Shown: positions 60,667 to 64,000 of the stretch, piece after piece
How positions within the stretch are numbered: position 1 is the stretch's first letter
Layout: every line of letters starts with the position of its first letter
Assembly (NCBI GenBank): GCA_039630415.1
Contig: JBCNVB010000002.1
Location: 1-64,000, forward strand
DNA from: a bacterium
GTDB taxonomy: Bacteria > DRYD01
DNA length: 64,000 bases
Direction: 5' to 3'
The notes under the pieces: generated by a model
The model's input: only the letters and a program-made list of their open reading frames with translations
Told to the model about the DNA's origin: nothing
Databases searched by the model: none
Program-made: the position numbers and the translations under genes

Positions 60667-62486
60667 ATGTTCTTCATTATTTTCTTCAGTTTTTGGACTG
60701 TTTGTTGATTGTAATCATCTTTGAAGAAAGACAATATGCTTTTGGCAGTTTCTTTTCCAATATTTTCGAGATTGGTTAGTTCTTCTTCTGAAGCGTTCAT
60801 AAGTTGGTCTATGTTGGAAAATTTTTGTGCTAAGATTTTGGAGGCTTTCAAACCCACCATGGGTATTCCGAGTCCATATAGAACTCTTTCAAAAGGTCTT
60901 GAGGTGGTGTTTTGAATTTCTGTATAGAGTTTTGATGCTGATTTTTTACCTAGATTGGCAATAACTGTAAGGTCAGAAATTTTCAGGTAATACATATCTG
61001 GGATGTCTTTGACTATACCTGATTTTACGAGTTTAGAGATGGTAGCATCGGATATGTCTATATCGAGGGCTTCTTTGCTAAACCAGTGCTTGATTTTTGC
61101 TATGATTTTTTCTGGGCAGTGGGTATATAGGCAAACTATAAATGGCCCTTGCTTTGTTAATGGTTGTTTACAAGAGGGGCAGTTAGTTGGCTCTTCTATT
61201 TCTTTTTCCTGTCCAGTTCTCATTTCTTTTATTACCTTGACTATTTCTGGTATAATTTTGCCTGCTTTTATAATCTCAACGTAGTCACCAATCCTTACGT
61301 CTTTGTTTTTAAGATAATCGAAGTTATGTAGGGAAGCATTCTTAACTACACTACCTTCAATTTTTACGGGTTCGAGAATGGCTACAGGGGTTATAACTCC
61401 TGTTCTACCAACCTCAAACGATATGTCTATAACTTTGGTAACTGCGGTGTTAGTATGAAACTTATAAGCTATAGCCCATTTGTAGCTTTTAAGTGTATAT
61501 CCCAAAGTTTGCTGGTGTTCTATCTTATCGATCTTAAAGACCACACCATCTATGTCGTAATCGAGAGAGTTTTTGAGTTCTAATGCTTTTTGGTAGTATT
61601 GCTGTAGTTGATCTAGCTGATCGTAGGATTTAATTTGAACTTTTTGATACATTGGGCTTGTTGTGAATTTTAGGTGTTTAAGGAAGACGAATATAGATGA
61701 GAGTAGGTTAATGGGGAAAAGGGGTTCTAGATTTTTGTTGAAGAATCTGGCTTCGTAGGCGAAGAATCTTAGTTTCCGTTTAGCAGTTATTGAAGGGTCT
61801 TGCTGTCTTAAACTTCCACTTGCTGCATTACGAGTATTACTAAATTCAAATAGTCCGCTTTTTCTTCGTTCTTGATTAAGTTCTTCAAGATCTGATTTGA
61901 AAAGTACAACTTCACCCTTAACCTGAATGTATTCCACTTGATCGAGTATATTTTCAAATCCAGCTTTTTTGATATCTTCACCGTATAAAATCAGGGGAAT
62001 GTTTTTGATAGTTTTTGCATTTAAGGATACATCTTCACCAAAGTCTCCATCTCCTCTTGTAAGAGCTTTACTGAACACGAAATTATCTCCCTGTTTTTGG
62101 TAGACTACTGAGAGGTTAACACCATCAAACTTTAATTCGCAAAGTAAATCAAGTTCAGAGCAAGATAATGAGTTAAATACGCTTTTGAAGTATTTTTTTA
62201 GTTCATCGATATCATAGACAGCTTCTAAGCTTAGTACGGGTGAAAGATGTTTTTCTTTTTTGAATTCAGTGGATATAGCGTTGGTGATGCGTTGTGTTGG
62301 TGAATAGGGTTTTATTATACCTGTTCTTTTTTCTAATTGTTTAAGTTTTAGGACCAGTGCATCATACTCTTGATCAGATATTTCGGGATCCTGCAAAACA
62401 TAATATCTCCAGTTATGGTAATTAATCAACTTTATTAGGTTTTCGATTTCTTGTTCAATTTGAACTGTTTTTTTATCTTTGGTCAT
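60663..62486 (-). CDS. ligA: NAD-dependent DNA ligase lacking a C-terminal BRCT domain
   Basis: YY....PEISDQEYD, ELKFDG, TRGDG..GEDV, DGVVFK, VGRTG..TPVA, CPSC..C....C, HhH repeats. Confidence 0.93.
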   Translation of the reverse strand: MTKDKKTVQIEQEIENLIKLINYHNWRYYVLQDPEISDQEYDALVLKLKQLEKRTGIIKPYSPTQRITNAISTEFKKEKHLSPVLSLEAVYDIDELKKYFKSVFNSLSCSELDLLCELKFDGVNLSVVYQKQGDNFVFSKALTRGDGDFGEDVSLNAKTIKNIPLILYGEDIKKAGFENILDQVEYIQVKGEVVLFKSDLEELNQERRKSGLFEFSNTRNAASGSLRQQDPSITAKRKLRFFAYEARFFNKNLEPLFPINLLSSIFVFLKHLKFTTSPMYQKVQIKSYDQLDQLQQYYQKALELKNSLDYDIDGVVFKIDKIEHQQTLGYTLKSYKWAIAYKFHTNTAVTKVIDISFEVGRTGVITPVAILEPVKIEGSVVKNASLHNFDYLKNKDVRIGDYVEIIKAGKIIPEIVKVIKEMRTGQEKEIEEPTNCPSCKQPLTKQGPFIVCLYTHCPEKIIAKIKHWFSKEALDIDISDATISKLVKSGIVKDIPDMYYLKISDLTVIANLGKKSASKLYTEIQNTTSRPFERVLYGLGIPMVGLKASKILAQKFSNIDQLMNASEEELTNLENIGKETAKSILSFFKDDYNQQTVQKLKKIMKNI

Positions 62487-62584
62487 TTGTTTTCCCCTCC
62501 AAGTGTATATATTCTTCGTTGAAGGTTAAAAACCTTAGAAAAGCACGAATAGGACAGATTTGGATGTCGTAGAATTGAATCAAT

Positions 62585-64000
62585 ATGATAAAGATATTCG
62601 TCCATGAAGAATCTAGTTTTGACAAGGTTAAATACACTTTGAATGGAAAGATGATGGTTGAAGATTGCATAAAGAATGACGATTTAGAGTATATACCTTA
62701 CGAAAAACTCAATCCGATTCAGAGTGTTTATTACAAGTATTATGATCCTGGTGTTAAGGATGTTGTAGTAACAACTCCTACTTCCTCTGGTAAGTCGGGT
62801 ATAGTATATGCTACACTTCAAAAGATTTTGTCCAGCTTGAATTTTGATGTAGAAAAAATAAGGGGATTTGTATATACTGCCCCTACTAAAGCTTTAATAG
62901 AAGAAAAGTACAAAGAGTTCAAATCATTCCTTGAAAACAAGGGTATCAAAGTTGACATAAAGACGGGAGATTATTTTAACAAGAGAATAGATCCACAAGC
63001 AAAAGTAGTATGCACTACGTATGACAGTTTTGTAATTGCAGCAAGAAATTATGCCGAATGGATTCACAAGGATTTCATAGTAATAGACGAAGTACATTCT
63101 ATGCTTACAACCATGGGTAAATACCTCATAGAGTTATTAGCTTTATGTAAGTATTACAAAATACCAACTATTTTGTTATCTGCTACTTTACCAATAGTAG
63201 AAGAGTTGTGCAATTATACTCAGCCTGAAATACTTATAGAAAGCAAATATAGGCCTGTAAAACTAGAGAAACTATCAGTATTTGTGGATTCGAAATATTT
63301 GAAACAGATAAATCAATACTCTCCTAAAGAATCAGCTACAACAAACATAATAAAGTATGTTCTTAAAACTGCACTAAAAAGATCCTACGAAGGGGAAAAA
63401 GTATTGATTTTTGTATGGTCAAAAAAAATAGGTTGGGAATTTATAAAGATAGCAAGTCAAGTTGGAATAAAGGTGAAAAATCAAACACTCAATTTTAGTT
63501 TACCAGAAAACATTTGCAACAGATTTGAAGACATATCGATAGCGTTTCATAATGCGGATATACCGATTGAAGAAAAACAGGAAATAGAAAAAGAGTTTAG
63601 ATCTGAAGAGTCAGATTTGAGAATCCTGGTGGCTACACAAACCCTAGCGTTAGGAGTTAATCTTCCGGCAGATACTGCAATCATAAACATAAAGTACAAT
63701 TGGTCAGAAAATACTCTCTATCCTTCAGTGCTGGATATTTTACAGGAAGAAGGTAGAGCTGGAAGGTTCGGAATAAGACCAAAAGGTACAAGTTTAAGAG
63801 TATTTTGGCAAATGCCTAAAGGTATGAAAACTATCAATATCGAAAAATTTTGGAGAAACGATCTTTTAAATAGCTCGTATTTTTACGAAGCTCTATCTAT
63901 TTTGATTTTGCTTTCTATTAAGCTATTTGGAGATGAAAGGCTTGTTTATAAATCAATAATAACTCAGTATATTTCAAGAGGGGAAATAGAAAGGATTTGT
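62585..64000 (+). CDS. Hel308/Ski2-like SF2 DExH helicase, runs off the window end (not in the ORF track)
   Basis: Manual translation: LNPIQ, TPTSSGKS, APTKALIEEK, TGD, IDEVH, LSAT, RPVKL, AFHNA, ATQTLALGVNLPA, QEEGRAGRFG; ATG 62585 (or 62651). Confidence 0.88.
   Translation, partial: MIKIFVHEESSFDKVKYTLNGKMMVEDCIKNDDLEYIPYEKLNPIQSVYYKYYDPGVKDVVVTTPTSSGKSGIVYATLQKILSSLNFDVEKIRGFVYTAPTKALIEEKYKEFKSFLENKGIKVDIKTGDYFNKRIDPQAKVVCTTYDSFVIAARNYAEWIHKDFIVIDEVHSMLTTMGKYLIELLALCKYYKIPTILLSATLPIVEELCNYTQPEILIESKYRPVKLEKLSVFVDSKYLKQINQYSPKESATTNIIKYVLKTALKRSYEGEKVLIFVWSKKIGWEFIKIASQVGIKVKNQTLNFSLPENICNRFEDISIAFHNADIPIEEKQEIEKEFRSEESDLRILVATQTLALGVNLPADTAIINIKYNWSENTLYPSVLDILQEEGRAGRFGIRPKGTSLRVFWQMPKGMKTINIEKFWRNDLLNSSYFYEALSILILLSIKLFGDERLVYKSIITQYISRGEIERIC

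Noticed and set aside
62473..62670. 65-aa minus-strand ORF upstream of ligA
   Set aside because: Overlaps the helicase start on the opposite strand and the divergent promoter region; no motif

Overview
AT-rich, gene-dense bacterial chromosome segment. It is mostly housekeeping genes in functionally shuffled, tightly abutting runs, and compact organisation of this kind is typical of thermophilic lineages (the taxon cannot be determined from the sequence alone). 1-3.9 kb is a small decaying island beside tRNA-Arg(UCU): an intact AAA-ATPase/PD-(D/E)xK gene, a nonsense-disrupted paralog, a third C-terminal remnant and an unannotated minus-strand pseudogene. A 200-bp segment bounded by inverted repeats fills the tRNA-bshB1 gap exactly. 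4.2-29.5 kb is one + strand run: bshB1, SLT/FliK/hook-rod/FlgG/FlgJ-like flagellar block, mlaE, rplS, prsA-like, PEGA-TPR, SPFH, acs, kamE, propeller protein, Memo, PilMN- and PilOP-like fusions, GH57, a 919-aa tubulin-like protein, yjbQ, thiolase, frameshifted moxR, pilT and sbcD. It is followed by two tandem type IV pilins and two DxDGDG/EF-hand-like paralogs sharing an upstream direct-repeat box. The rest holds nfi, MATE, rnhB, ppdK, rpsO, gatC, tRNA-Leu, GlmL-like, ALDH, a BshC-like protein, a second FliK-like gene, tRNA-Val, clpP, mnmA, a trans-sulfuration enzyme, pntA1A2B, mutL, a BRCT-less ligA, and a Hel308/Ski2-like helicase cut by the window edge. No CRISPR array, rRNA, integrase or transposase was seen. 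The best leads for something undescribed are the tubulin-like gene with the nearby MoxR and pilus genes, the IR-bounded segment in front of bshB1, and the Ca-binding paralog locus. All family calls are by motif recognition, not by database search.
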